Source: Promethearchaeota archaeon | Lineage (GTDB): Archaea; Asgardarchaeota; Lokiarchaeia; Sigyniarchaeales; SOKP01 | Direction of reading: 5' to 3' | Assembly: GCA_019058245.1 (NCBI GenBank) | Contig: JAHPZJ010000002.1 | Location: 1-42,555 of the forward strand | DNA length: 42,555 bases | Shown: positions 1-10,181 of the stretch, in pieces | How positions within the stretch are numbered: position 1 is the first letter of the stretch | Layout: each line of letters starts with the position of its first letter | Position numbers and translations under genes: made by a program | The notes under the pieces: generated by a model | What the model saw: only the letters and a program-made list of their open reading frames with translations | What the model was told of the DNA's origin: nothing | Databases searched by the model: none

Positions 1-215
1 ATTTAATAATTCTCTTGTTAAGAATGTAATAATCACTTCATTTAAATCTTCAATATTCATTATATTCAGTTCTAATCTCAAATTCTAATTAAAATACATA
101 TCAAAAGTTATTATTCTAACTCTAATGTCTTATTCTATATAAATTAAAATTATAAATCCTCTATAACTATTAATAACTAGTTATAAAAATATAACAGAAA
201 TCTATTTTAACATTT

Positions 216-2786
216 ATGAAGGACGAGAATTTAAGCCTTTTTTCACTATCACAGTTAACAGCAAATGAAATATTAGTGGAGGAACAGGTTGGAAAATTAG
301 AAAACGTAAGATTTAGGTACTTTAAAAGGTTTTTATCAAGTCAAAAGTTTTTTAAAAGAAAAGTTCTGATGTCAAAAATCCTTGGAGCCATTATCTTTGG
401 AATTTTACCAATAATTCCACTAATAACTTATTTTGAGATGATATCATTTATCAATGAAGGATATGTCTCAATTGAAAGGATTCTATTTGCGGGAAGTATA
501 TTATTCGGAATATATATGCTATTCCAATTTTTTAACTTTTTTCTTATGGCTATGTTGAACACTATGAAAATTTTATCAGGAACTATTTTCGAATGGCTTG
601 AAACTTTACCAATTTCAAGAACAAAATTAAAAAAATTAATTCTTCTGACAATTATTCGCAGTTTAGATATTCCACTAATAGCAATAACAGTTGCATTTCC
701 TATTATTATGCTTATTGGTACCCAAAATTTAATAATCTTCTTAATTTGTCTCGGTGTTTCAACATTGGATACAATATTCTCATTAGCTTTATTAATCCTT
801 TTTAGTGAAAGATTAAACAGAATTTTAAATATTAATAATATTGGGGCCAAAAAAACACATATTATTCGTTTATCTAATTTGGCAAGTTATATAATAATCG
901 TAGGAGGAAGTGTATTTCTAATCCAATGGGCTTTAAATTCTGCAGATAACTTTTTTTTGGCATTTGCTAGATCCCAATTTCCTACTCTTATTGTGATGAT
1001 CTTGAGTTTAATTCCTTATCCTTTTGCACCCGGATATCTCATTTCTAGTTTTATTTCTCCAAACTGGATTCCAATATCTATATGGTTTAATATTCTAATT
1101 GGATTTTGTCTTTTCTTAATTCTAGTTTACTTAATATATGAACAGTCAATTAAGGGGATCCAAAAATCTTCATTTTCTACAAATAAGATAGATAATAAAA
1201 AAAATGTAATCAAATCAAGTACACAGAAAAGCCAAATAACTATAAAAATTAGATCTCCAGTACGGGCTTTTATACGTAAAGATTACATAATAGCTTCTCG
1301 AAATCTAAAAAGTTTCTTATCATTTATAATGCCAATTATAATTGGATTCATTTTTACAATAACCTATAATACAACTAATATAAGAGGTATAACTCCCTTT
1401 AATATCGATTTCATTTATAATATGTTTGTTATTATAGGATTTAACTTAATTTTTTCAGGTATGATTATAAATGGTGTTTTAAATATAGAGGAATCTGGAT
1501 CATCAATATTAGCTGCATTACCACTTATACCACGAGATCAAGCAAAAGCAAAATTGATTTTAATGTCATTGATTCAAACAATTACAGTATTAGCACCCTC
1601 TCTAATGTATATTGGTCAAGATGTTTTTTTAAATTCTCTATTTACGGCATTATTAGCCTTGCCCTTAGTAATACTACTTTTAATTATTATGTTTGAGATG
1701 TGGATTTACCTTTTTGGGAAATCGAAAAAAATTATCATAATTGAAGAACTTAAACCTGAAAAAAGAATCCTCAAATGGACTTTGATTTTTATAATAGAAT
1801 ATTTGTTATTTATTTTGCTTCTTTTCCTTTCTTTCAATGCTTACGATGTTCAAGGGATAAGGTCTTTAATTTATTTTGAACTTTTTTTTGTATTTATTGG
1901 ATTAATTGTTGTTAGTAATATTTTTAGCAGACTTTTTTCAATTAAGAAAACTAGTATAGGCTTTAAAGAAAGAGAACTTTTTTTACCAATTAAAGGAAAA
2001 CAAACTTGGTTTACTCAACATAGTTGGATTTCAGTGATAATAATATTATTGCTAAATATTGTATTTTTATATCTAATTCCTTTATTCTCCTATTTGGTAT
2101 TCACAATTATATTTGTTGGAAGATGGCTTTTTCCTTTTATTTTTTATTTTTTTCAATTTTTCTCTTTTAATATTTTTTATGTCTTATTATGGATCGTTAT
2201 AAATCCATTAATTTTAGGAGTTCCATCTGGGAAAATGCCAATACATCATTATTTAAACAGAATAATATTCGGGGAAGTTAACCCTAATAGAAAAAAAGTT
2301 TTTCTGAGTATTATTCTTTTTATTCCATTTATTATAATTAGCTATAATATATTTAATATGGGTAGTAGTGGAATATTCTACTTCTTAGGACCTTTGGTTT
2401 TTTCGATGACATTTATCTTAATTTTCTCTTTTTATTTCTGGCAAGAATTTGCTTTTTTAGGCATAATTTTTCCCTTATCTTTGAGTAAAGTTAAAAAATG
2501 GAATGCGATTATTTTAAACTCATTAACCTTCTCCATAATTCAAATTTTGTTACTCTTTCCTAATGTTTATTTTATATATTTCAATATTTTTTGGTATCAA
2601 CAAATTACTTCCATAATTTTTTTATCATTTTTATATAACTTTTTCGCTGGTGTTTTTTATATTTTTCTTTATACTAGAACTAAGAATTTAATTATTACTA
2701 GTTCTATTGCTGTACTTTTAAGTTACTTTTTACTTAACATGATTATAGATCTGCTATTTTTGCCGAATTTTTATCGAATCTATTAA
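216..2786 (+). CDS. Large polytopic membrane protein: ABC-2/exporter-permease-like N-terminal region fused to a degenerate CPBP (CAAX-protease/Abi)-like C-terminal domain
   Basis: Many hydrophobic segments; duplicated permease-type signatures (LETLPIS, LAALPL; RKDY..ASR); the C-terminal 'FWQEFAFLGII...NAIILNSLTFSIIQ' resembles the CPBP EExxxR and FxxxH motifs with catalytic residues lost. Confidence 0.55.
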   Translation: MKDENLSLFSLSQLTANEILVEEQVGKLENVRFRYFKRFLSSQKFFKRKVLMSKILGAIIFGILPIIPLITYFEMISFINEGYVSIERILFAGSILFGIYMLFQFFNFFLMAMLNTMKILSGTIFEWLETLPISRTKLKKLILLTIIRSLDIPLIAITVAFPIIMLIGTQNLIIFLICLGVSTLDTIFSLALLILFSERLNRILNINNIGAKKTHIIRLSNLASYIIIVGGSVFLIQWALNSADNFFLAFARSQFPTLIVMILSLIPYPFAPGYLISSFISPNWIPISIWFNILIGFCLFLILVYLIYEQSIKGIQKSSFSTNKIDNKKNVIKSSTQKSQITIKIRSPVRAFIRKDYIIASRNLKSFLSFIMPIIIGFIFTITYNTTNIRGITPFNIDFIYNMFVIIGFNLIFSGMIINGVLNIEESGSSILAALPLIPRDQAKAKLILMSLIQTITVLAPSLMYIGQDVFLNSLFTALLALPLVILLLIIMFEMWIYLFGKSKKIIIIEELKPEKRILKWTLIFIIEYLLFILLLFLSFNAYDVQGIRSLIYFELFFVFIGLIVVSNIFSRLFSIKKTSIGFKERELFLPIKGKQTWFTQHSWISVIIILLLNIVFLYLIPLFSYLVFTIIFVGRWLFPFIFYFFQFFSFNIFYVLLWIVINPLILGVPSGKMPIHHYLNRIIFGEVNPNRKKVFLSIILFIPFIIISYNIFNMGSSGIFYFLGPLVFSMTFILIFSFYFWQEFAFLGIIFPLSLSKVKKWNAIILNSLTFSIIQILLLFPNVYFIYFNIFWYQQITSIIFLSFLYNFFAGVFYIFLYTRTKNLIITSSIAVLLSYFLLNMIIDLLFLPNFYRIY

Positions 2787-2857
2787 TGACAGTGAAGTAC
2801 AAAATTTTAAGAATAAACCAATAAAAATAATAGATATCAAATACTTTTATAAACTGC

Positions 2858-3427
2858 ATGAATGCTAAAGTAAAAATAAGATTTTCAGGTAGAGGCGGTC
2901 AAGGTATAAAATTTTTAGGAAGTGTACTAGTTAGAGTTGCAATGGCAGCCAAATATTATGCTACACTTACTGTTGACTATACCCCTTCTGTTAGAGGAGG
3001 TCCAATATTTTGTGATGTTATTTTAGATTCCGTACCAATCTCCTATCCATTCTGTGATAAAGATGCTGATTTTTTTTTAGCAATAGATCAGAATGGACTC
3101 GAACGTGCCGCTGAATGTATATATGAAAAAACACTTTGTTTTATTGACGAGCATACAATAGCTAATGCTGATGAAGTTATCAAGAACGCTAAAATCCAAC
3201 GCGTTCCAATAACAAAACGAGCAGATGAAAATAATTTACCTAAAAGCGCTAATATACTAAGTTTAGGATTCATTTCTCAACCTCTTAAACAGAATGGTAA
3301 AATTGATTTAAAGGAAGAACATTATGAGATAGTTCTAAATAATATGCCAAAAAGTTTTAGAACCATCAATATTCGAGCGTATCAACTTGGTCAAGCTCTT
3401 TACCATGAATTAATGGATAAATCTTAA
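2858..3427 (+). CDS. korC: 2-oxoacid:ferredoxin oxidoreductase gamma subunit (Kor/Oor type)
   Basis: N-terminal IRFSGRGGQG and YTPSVRGG motifs; lies upstream of the delta/alpha/beta genes. Confidence 0.85.
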   Translation: MNAKVKIRFSGRGGQGIKFLGSVLVRVAMAAKYYATLTVDYTPSVRGGPIFCDVILDSVPISYPFCDKDADFFLAIDQNGLERAAECIYEKTLCFIDEHTIANADEVIKNAKIQRVPITKRADENNLPKSANILSLGFISQPLKQNGKIDLKEEHYEIVLNNMPKSFRTINIRAYQLGQALYHELMDKS

Positions 3428-3621
3428 TAATTGGTATTTCTTTAGTTAGTCTTTATTAGATTTGATTATATAAATTTCATAAAGGCAATCTCATAAGAAG
3501 TACTCACTCATTAATAAGTTACTTATACAATGAAAAAGCAAAATTAATAGAGAATCAATTTTTTTTAACCATAAGAGAAAAAAATATATTCAGAAATGGT
3601 TTCATACCAGAGGAATTAAAA

Positions 3622-3897
3622 ATGTTAGAATCTAAACGGAAACCCATTTTACCACCTCCTATATCCGAGAAAAGTTATGAAATATTTATAGATGCGGAAC
3701 AATGCGATGGTTGTGAATTATGTTTATCATTTTGTCCAAAAGAAATAATAGAGATAAGTAAAGATAAATTCAATAGTCGTATGCTTCATTATGCTATCGT
3801 GATTAAATCTGAAGAGTGTGCAGGATGTAGACAATGCGAACGATTATGTCCTACGGTCTCTTTATATATTTTAGAATCAGATAATAAGGGGAAATAA
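3622..3897 (+). CDS. korD: 2x[4Fe-4S] ferredoxin, OFOR delta subunit
   Basis: CDGCELCLSFCP and CAGCRQCERLCP motifs; GAGGA upstream; stop is 3 nt before the alpha subunit start. Confidence 0.85.
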   Translation: MLESKRKPILPPPISEKSYEIFIDAEQCDGCELCLSFCPKEIIEISKDKFNSRMLHYAIVIKSEECAGCRQCERLCPTVSLYILESDNKGK

Positions 3898-3900
3898 ATA

Positions 3901-5046
3901 ATGAGTAAGGCTAATTTTAAAGAAAGAAGAATATTAACTACAGGGAACTATGCCTGTGCAGAAGCTGCGATTACAGCGGGTTGTTTATATTTTGCTGGTT
4001 ATCCAATCACACCTTCCTCAGAAATTGCTGCATATATGTCAAGAAGACTACCTGAAGTTAATGGAACATTTGTTCAAATGGAGGATGAACTTGCTTCAAT
4101 TACAAGTTGTATTGGAGCCTCTTTTACTGGAAAGAAAGTTATGACCGCAACTTCTGGACCAGGACTTTCACTTATGGCTGAAAGCATAGGTTTAGCTGTG
4201 ATGTTAGAAGCACCAACAGTTATCGTTACAATAATGAGAGGAGGTCCTAGCACAGGACAACCTACAAATGCATCTCAATCCGATATTTATCAAACGAGAT
4301 ATGCTTCTCATGGAGATTATGAAATAATTGTACTAACCCCTTCTTCAGTTCAAGAAATGTACGATTTAACCATAAGAGCGTTTAATTTGGCTGAAAAATA
4401 TCGTATACCAGTAATAGTTGCTTCAGATGGAATTGTAGGACAAATGATGGAAGTTGTCAATATACATTCAAATATTGAATTAATAGAACGTAAAAAGCCT
4501 CATGTTCCACCTGAGAAATATAACCCTTTTGAAATTTTTGATGATGATCTTGTGCCTGAAATGGCAATAGCAGGAACAGACTATTCTTTTTATGTATCAG
4601 GCTTAACTCATGATATTGAAGGCAATCCACAAATGACACCAGAAGCCGCAGAAACACTCATTAAACGACTCTGTGAAAAAATTAGAAAAGCAAGAACAGA
4701 TATTAATGATTGGGAGGAAGAATATTTAGATGATTCTGAAATTGTTATTTTATCATATGGAATCAACGCAAGGGGAATACCAGAAGTCATAGAAAAAGCG
4801 CGAAAAGAAGGATATAAAGTAGGTCTTGTACGATTAAAAAGCCTATGGCCTTTTCCTGATGAACTAATGGAAAAAATTGGGCAAATGGGCGTATCAAAAG
4901 TAATTGTTTGTGAAATGAATAATGGAATGATTATTAGAGAAGTCCAAAGATTTCGACATTTATTTAGTGTTTCAGGTATTACAATTCCTACTACCGTACC
5001 TTTTAGTCCCAAATTTATCTATAAAAAGTTGATGGAGGAGGTGTAA
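3901..5046 (+). CDS. korA: 2-oxoacid:ferredoxin oxidoreductase alpha subunit
   Basis: GYPITPSSE, QMEDE, TATSGPG and RGGPSTGQPT motifs. Confidence 0.92.
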   Translation: MSKANFKERRILTTGNYACAEAAITAGCLYFAGYPITPSSEIAAYMSRRLPEVNGTFVQMEDELASITSCIGASFTGKKVMTATSGPGLSLMAESIGLAVMLEAPTVIVTIMRGGPSTGQPTNASQSDIYQTRYASHGDYEIIVLTPSSVQEMYDLTIRAFNLAEKYRIPVIVASDGIVGQMMEVVNIHSNIELIERKKPHVPPEKYNPFEIFDDDLVPEMAIAGTDYSFYVSGLTHDIEGNPQMTPEAAETLIKRLCEKIRKARTDINDWEEEYLDDSEIVILSYGINARGIPEVIEKARKEGYKVGLVRLKSLWPFPDELMEKIGQMGVSKVIVCEMNNGMIIREVQRFRHLFSVSGITIPTTVPFSPKFIYKKLMEEV

Positions 5047-5049
5047 AAT

Positions 5050-5916
5050 ATGTCCCCATCAAATCAAATTTCAATCCCTCCAGAATCAGTTTCTCATCCT
5101 TTAATGGATATGCTGAATCTAAATCGATTTATTTTTTGTCCAGGATGTTTAATAGGAACAGTAATTACGTCAATCACAAGTTGTTTAAAAGAAAGAGGAC
5201 TTACCTCAAAAGATTATGCTATTGTATCTGGTATAGGATGTACTGGGCGATCAAGTGGTTGCTTTAAAGCACCTGCCTTCCACACTACACATGGGAGAGC
5301 TATACCTTTTGCAACTGGTATAAAGTTAGCTAATCCTCGATTAAAGGTTATTGTTTTATCGGGAGATGGAGATCTCTTTGCAATAGGTGGAAATCATTTC
5401 ATTCATGCTGCTAGAAGAAATGTAGAGATCACTGTTCTCTGTGTCAATAACAATATATATGGAATGACTGGAGGACAAGTAGCCCCTACAAGTCAGATTG
5501 GTGATATTACTGCTACAACACCTTATGGAAATGCTGAACCCCCCTTCAATTTGGTAAGTCTAGCCGCAGCATCAGGAGCAACATATGTTGCCAGATGGCC
5601 AGGATATGACACACTTAGATTACAAAAAAGTATATTAAAATCCATAGATAATCAAGGATTCAGTTTCATAGAAGTACTTGCTCCGTGTTTTGTTCAATAT
5701 GGATCCAAAAATAAATTAGGTGATGCTATAGAAATGTTAGATTGGTTAAAAAACCAGATTAGGATTAAAACTGATTGGCCTCCTCATCAGGCAACTTTAG
5801 ATTACAGGAAAGGAATAATAATTTGCGGTGAATTTGTTGAAGAAGAACGTGAGGGATTTAGTAAAAAAATAGAAAAAATTCGAATTAAAGCTCAAAATAA
5901 GAAAGGAGTAAAATGA
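5050..5916 (+). CDS. korB: 2-oxoacid:ferredoxin oxidoreductase beta subunit (canonical domain order)
   Basis: CPGC, SGIGC, HGRA, and the TPP motif GDGD...NNNIYGMTGGQ in normal order. Confidence 0.92.
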   Translation: MSPSNQISIPPESVSHPLMDMLNLNRFIFCPGCLIGTVITSITSCLKERGLTSKDYAIVSGIGCTGRSSGCFKAPAFHTTHGRAIPFATGIKLANPRLKVIVLSGDGDLFAIGGNHFIHAARRNVEITVLCVNNNIYGMTGGQVAPTSQIGDITATTPYGNAEPPFNLVSLAAASGATYVARWPGYDTLRLQKSILKSIDNQGFSFIEVLAPCFVQYGSKNKLGDAIEMLDWLKNQIRIKTDWPPHQATLDYRKGIIICGEFVEEEREGFSKKIEKIRIKAQNKKGVK

Positions 5917-5938
5917 ACTAAAGAAATTAAGTGAGATT

Positions 5939-8305
5939 ATGACTGAAAGTAATAATAAAACAAAAAGTGATAAAATTGGTATAGACCCTAAGATTGGGGT
6001 TTTTCTATGTAAATGCGGAAAAAATATTGGTGGAACTGTTGATATTGATCAATTAGCTAAAGAATTTGAAGAGGATCCCAGAGTTAAGTTAGTTCAAGTT
6101 AATACCTATACTTGTTCAGATCCAGGGCAAGTAGAAATCGAAACAGCAATTAAAGAGCATGGTGTTGAAAAAATTGTCATAGCGGCGTGTTCACCAAGAT
6201 TACATGGTCCAACATGGAAAAATCTTTTAAGACGCGTTGGATTGAATCCTTCATTAGTGGAAGTAGCTAATATCCGAGAACAATGTAGTTGGATACACCT
6301 TTCAGAAAAAGAAGAAGCAACTAAAAAAGCTAAAGAAATAGTTGAAATGGCCATCGCTAAAGCTGAATTATTAGAAGCTGTAGAGGATATCACTGTACCC
6401 ATTACAAAAAGAGTTTTAATAATTGGAGGAGGTGTAGCAGGAATTCAAGCTTCGTTAGATCTAGCTGATGATTATGAAGTTATTCTAGTTGAAAAATCAC
6501 CTACTATTGGAGGTAAGATGGCTCTTATTGATAAAACTTTTCCAACAATGGATTGTTCCATATGTATATTAGGTCCTAAAATGGCGGATGTAGGTAATCA
6601 TGAAAATATTACTTTAATTTCCTGTGCTGAAGTTACAAGCATATCGGGATACATAGGTAATTTTGAGGTTACTATTAAAAAACAACCTCGTTATGTTGAT
6701 GAAAACCTTTGTACTGCATGTGGAGATTGTGTCGAAGTTTGCCCAGAAAATATTGTTGATGAGTATTCTGGTAATTTAGGTTGGAGGAAAGCAATATATA
6801 TCCCATATCCACAAGCTGTACCTGCTAGTTATATAATTGATGAAAAAAGCTGTTTGGGGCTTTCTCCATTAGCATGTGGAAAATGTGTACCTGCTTGTGA
6901 AAAAGAGGCTATAATTTATGAAGATTCCGAAAAAATTTTTAATTATAAAGTGGGATCCATTATTATTGCAGTAGGATTTGAACTTTTTGATGCTTCTAGA
7001 CTCCCAGAATATGGATGGGGTAATTATCCTAATGTTATAACTACTTTTGAATTTGAAAGACTAATCAATGCAGCGGGACCCACAAATGGAGAACTTGTAC
7101 GTCCTAGTGATCTCAAAAAGCCAAAAAGAGTTGCTTTTATTAATTGTGTAGGTTCACGTGACAAGAGGTTCAATCCATATTGCTCTAATTTCTGTTGTAT
7201 GGAAAGTATAAAAGATAGCCTTTTAATTAAAGAGCATTGGCCTGATGTAGAGGTTACGATATTTTTTATTGATATTAGAGCTTTTGGAAAGGGTTTTGAA
7301 GAATTATATTCTCGATCAAGAGAAGAAGGTATTCTTTATATACGTGGGCGCCCTGGTCAAATTAGAGAAAATCCCATCAACAAAAATCTCATTATTAATG
7401 CAGAAAATATTAACACTGGAACAATTTTGTCTCAAGAATTTGATTTAGTAGTCCTTTCTATAGGATGTGAAGGTTCAAGCGATTCGATTCCATTTCCTAT
7501 TGCTAAAGATCCTAAAGGTTTTTATATCGAAGCACATCCTAAACTTAGACCTGTTGATACTCCAACAGATGGTATATTTATTGCTGGCGGAGCTGAATCA
7601 CCAAAAGATATTAGAGAAACTGTTACACAAGCAAGTGCTGCTGCAGGACGTTGTGGAAATTTGCTTGCTAAAGAAGAATTTCATGTAGAACCTTTATATG
7701 CATATGTGGATATAAATAAATGTACTAGTTGTGGAACGTGTGCTTCTCGTTGTCCTTACGGAGCCATTAGTGTCGATCGAGAAAAAAAGACACCTGCACG
7801 AATTATTCCCGTATTATGTAAAGGATGTGGAACATGCGCGGCAGATTGCCCAACAGATGCTATAACCATGACAAATTTTACAGATGCTATGATACTCAGA
7901 CAGATTGATATTGCTCTTCGCGAAAACGCTTCAAAGAAGGTATTAATTTTTGCTTGTAATTGGTGCTCATATGCAGGAGCTGATTTAGCGGGAACAAGCC
8001 GAATCCAATATCCAACTAATACTAGAATTGTTAGAACTATGTGTTCAGGACGAGTAAAAATATCTTTTATTAAACACTGTTTTGAACGCGGAGCTGGAGC
8101 TGTTATGTTGACTGGTTGTCATCCTCAAGATTGCCATTATATTTCTGGAAATGATTGGGCTATTAAGCGAGAAAAAAGAATTAGGAACTGGATGAAAAGG
8201 AATAACATTTCTGATGATAGATTTGTTATTGCATGGATATCTGCAGCAGAAGGAAAGAAATTTGCTGATTTAGTCTCACAAGTTAGTAAAGTAGCTTTAA
8301 AATAG
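5939..8305 (+). CDS. hdrA: Heterodisulfide reductase subunit A (FAD, Fe-S) fused to a C-terminal MvhD/FlpD [2Fe-2S] domain
   Basis: CxCGxNI, CSDPG, ACSP, NIREQC, GGGVAG, DKTFPTMDCSIC, CVGSR..YCSNFCC; inserted and C-terminal ferredoxin motifs; MvhD motifs CNWCSYAGAD, CSGRV and GCHPQDCHY. Confidence 0.93.
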   Translation: MTESNNKTKSDKIGIDPKIGVFLCKCGKNIGGTVDIDQLAKEFEEDPRVKLVQVNTYTCSDPGQVEIETAIKEHGVEKIVIAACSPRLHGPTWKNLLRRVGLNPSLVEVANIREQCSWIHLSEKEEATKKAKEIVEMAIAKAELLEAVEDITVPITKRVLIIGGGVAGIQASLDLADDYEVILVEKSPTIGGKMALIDKTFPTMDCSICILGPKMADVGNHENITLISCAEVTSISGYIGNFEVTIKKQPRYVDENLCTACGDCVEVCPENIVDEYSGNLGWRKAIYIPYPQAVPASYIIDEKSCLGLSPLACGKCVPACEKEAIIYEDSEKIFNYKVGSIIIAVGFELFDASRLPEYGWGNYPNVITTFEFERLINAAGPTNGELVRPSDLKKPKRVAFINCVGSRDKRFNPYCSNFCCMESIKDSLLIKEHWPDVEVTIFFIDIRAFGKGFEELYSRSREEGILYIRGRPGQIRENPINKNLIINAENINTGTILSQEFDLVVLSIGCEGSSDSIPFPIAKDPKGFYIEAHPKLRPVDTPTDGIFIAGGAESPKDIRETVTQASAAAGRCGNLLAKEEFHVEPLYAYVDINKCTSCGTCASRCPYGAISVDREKKTPARIIPVLCKGCGTCAADCPTDAITMTNFTDAMILRQIDIALRENASKKVLIFACNWCSYAGADLAGTSRIQYPTNTRIVRTMCSGRVKISFIKHCFERGAGAVMLTGCHPQDCHYISGNDWAIKREKRIRNWMKRNNISDDRFVIAWISAAEGKKFADLVSQVSKVALK

Positions 8306-8309
8306 TTAT

Positions 8310-9740
8310 TTATTTTTTACTTTTTCTTAAATAATTAGAAATTTTTGGTAATAATGGAATAAATTCTAGAGGATCTCCAAAAACTGGGATTTTAATTTTA
8401 GTCAACTTTCTTGAAAAATTTTCTCTTTCTTGAGTCTGACTTAAATGTTGAATTATGGGGATTAATGGTTTGTTATGTTTGTGTCCTAAACTTAAACATT
8501 CTATCATAGTAGTAACGAATGATTCACTATTAGATATTTTAAGGACTGAAGTTAAGTAAAAACTTGGCATATCTAAAATTAATCCATCTATATTTCTATC
8601 AGATAAAGTAAGATCAATAATATTATGTACCGTATTTCCATAAAAAAATTGCGCTGCCATATCTAAAGGATTCTTCGAACTGGTACCTGGTAAAAGAAAT
8701 TTAGAATTCAACTTATTCTGAATTTCGGGGCTGAACTGAGGTACTTTTAGTCCTGCTTTTTCAAGGAGGTCAACTAGAATCACACCATAACCTCCACTAA
8801 CACTAAATATTGCTATATTTTTCAGATTGAAAGTTCCATAAAAATCAATTAAACGGGCAGTATTCAACAATTGCTCTAAAGATTCTACTCTAATTACGTT
8901 AAATTGTTTAAATAAGGCGTCCCAAAGGCGATTATCCCCTGATATTGAAGCGGTATGTGTTTTAGCTGCAATAGATCCAGTTTCAGTTTGACCTCCTTTT
9001 AATGCTATAATTGGCTTTTTATTTTGTTTGAGAACTTTTTTTAAAGCATCAATTCTTCCTTCTTTAATACCTTCTATATAACATAAGATAATATCTGTTT
9101 CAGGATCATTACTTAAAAAGTAAAGTAAGTCAACAAAATCAATATCCGCTCCATTTCCAAATGAAAATACTTTAGAAAAATTTATCCCTAATGATTCTGC
9201 TCCATATATAGCAATATTACATATTCCACCTGATTGTGCTATAAATCCTATATTTCCTGGTGTCGTAGGAAATTGATTGCGCCATGCAATACCCAATTTG
9301 GGATAAAATAAGCCCAATCCATTTGGTCCAAGAATTCTTAATTTATTTTGTGCTCGTTTTAGTAATTCTTTCTCTAATTCAATACCTTCCTCTTTACCCG
9401 AATCTGAAAATTCAGATGTAAATACTGTAACTAATTTTACTTTTTTTTCAACACAGTCCTCAATAATTTTTAAAATCTGAGATGGAGGAACAGCTATAAA
9501 GGCAAAATCGACATCTCCAGGAATGTCTTTTAATGTTAGAAAAAGATTTTTATTATCAAAATTAGGTATTTTTTCACCTGAAGAATGTACAGCATATATA
9601 GATCCTTTAAAATTCTCAAGATGATTTCTTAAAAAGAAATAATCTCTCTTTTTTGATGGACCAATTACCGCTATAGATTTAATATTGTTAATAAATGAAA
9701 TATCTTTAAAATCTGAATCTGTAGTGCCTTTCTTAATCAT
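8310..9740 (-). CDS. ADP-forming acyl-CoA synthetase alpha subunit (CoA-binding and ligase domains, no ATP-grasp domain)
   Basis: SIAVIG, ILGPNGLG, QSGG, SFGN, KGG...AAKTHTAS (phospho-His region), SGG.GV and NPLD motifs. Confidence 0.85.
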   Translation of the reverse strand: MIKKGTTDSDFKDISFINNIKSIAVIGPSKKRDYFFLRNHLENFKGSIYAVHSSGEKIPNFDNKNLFLTLKDIPGDVDFAFIAVPPSQILKIIEDCVEKKVKLVTVFTSEFSDSGKEEGIELEKELLKRAQNKLRILGPNGLGLFYPKLGIAWRNQFPTTPGNIGFIAQSGGICNIAIYGAESLGINFSKVFSFGNGADIDFVDLLYFLSNDPETDIILCYIEGIKEGRIDALKKVLKQNKKPIIALKGGQTETGSIAAKTHTASISGDNRLWDALFKQFNVIRVESLEQLLNTARLIDFYGTFNLKNIAIFSVSGGYGVILVDLLEKAGLKVPQFSPEIQNKLNSKFLLPGTSSKNPLDMAAQFFYGNTVHNIIDLTLSDRNIDGLILDMPSFYLTSVLKISNSESFVTTMIECLSLGHKHNKPLIPIIQHLSQTQERENFSRKLTKIKIPVFGDPLEFIPLLPKISNYLRKSKK

Positions 9741-9850
9741 TATTTCATCAAATTATTCATAAAATTAAATTTTTCAGATTTTTTATCATAAACTATTTGT
9801 TTTATTATTAGTAATTGAAAGAATACTTTTTTTGATAGAGTAAGAAATCT

Positions 9851-10031
9851 TGATTTTTTTCGATTGTGTCAAAGTAGATTAGATTATTTTCATTTTTGTC
9901 AAATAATCTTAGAATTTCTTCAATTTTGTCAATAATATAGAGAAATCAAAAAGAAATTAGTTTTTCCCAAAAATGCTAACAGAATGGGAATAAGAGCCCA
10001 TTATTATTCTCCATTTTTGTCAAAAAAATCG
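9851..10031. repeat. Imperfect 30-bp tandem repeat array (3 adjacent copies plus 1 distal), candidate operator sites
   Basis: TGTCAA at 9867, 9897 and 9927 (exact 30-bp period) and at 10018; the middle unit contains AGATTATTT-N11-AAATAATCT. Confidence 0.65.
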
Positions 10032-10181
10032 ATAATCTTAAATAATAAAGATTCAAATATACAAATCAACGAAAGCCTTTTGAAATTATATTAAATTTTA
10101 AGTCTTTTGATTTGTGACCAAAATATAAAATATATTTTGGCTTACAAAAAATTTACTAAAAAAAAAAGAAATGAGTAAAAA

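Noticed and set aside
5939-8305. Selenocysteine recoding in HdrA/MvhD
   Set aside because: There is no in-frame TGA and the relevant positions are Cys codons. The TGA ending korB is followed by another stop within five codons.
9851-10031. CRISPR-like array
   Set aside because: The units are degenerate and adjacent with no unique spacers, and no cas genes are present.
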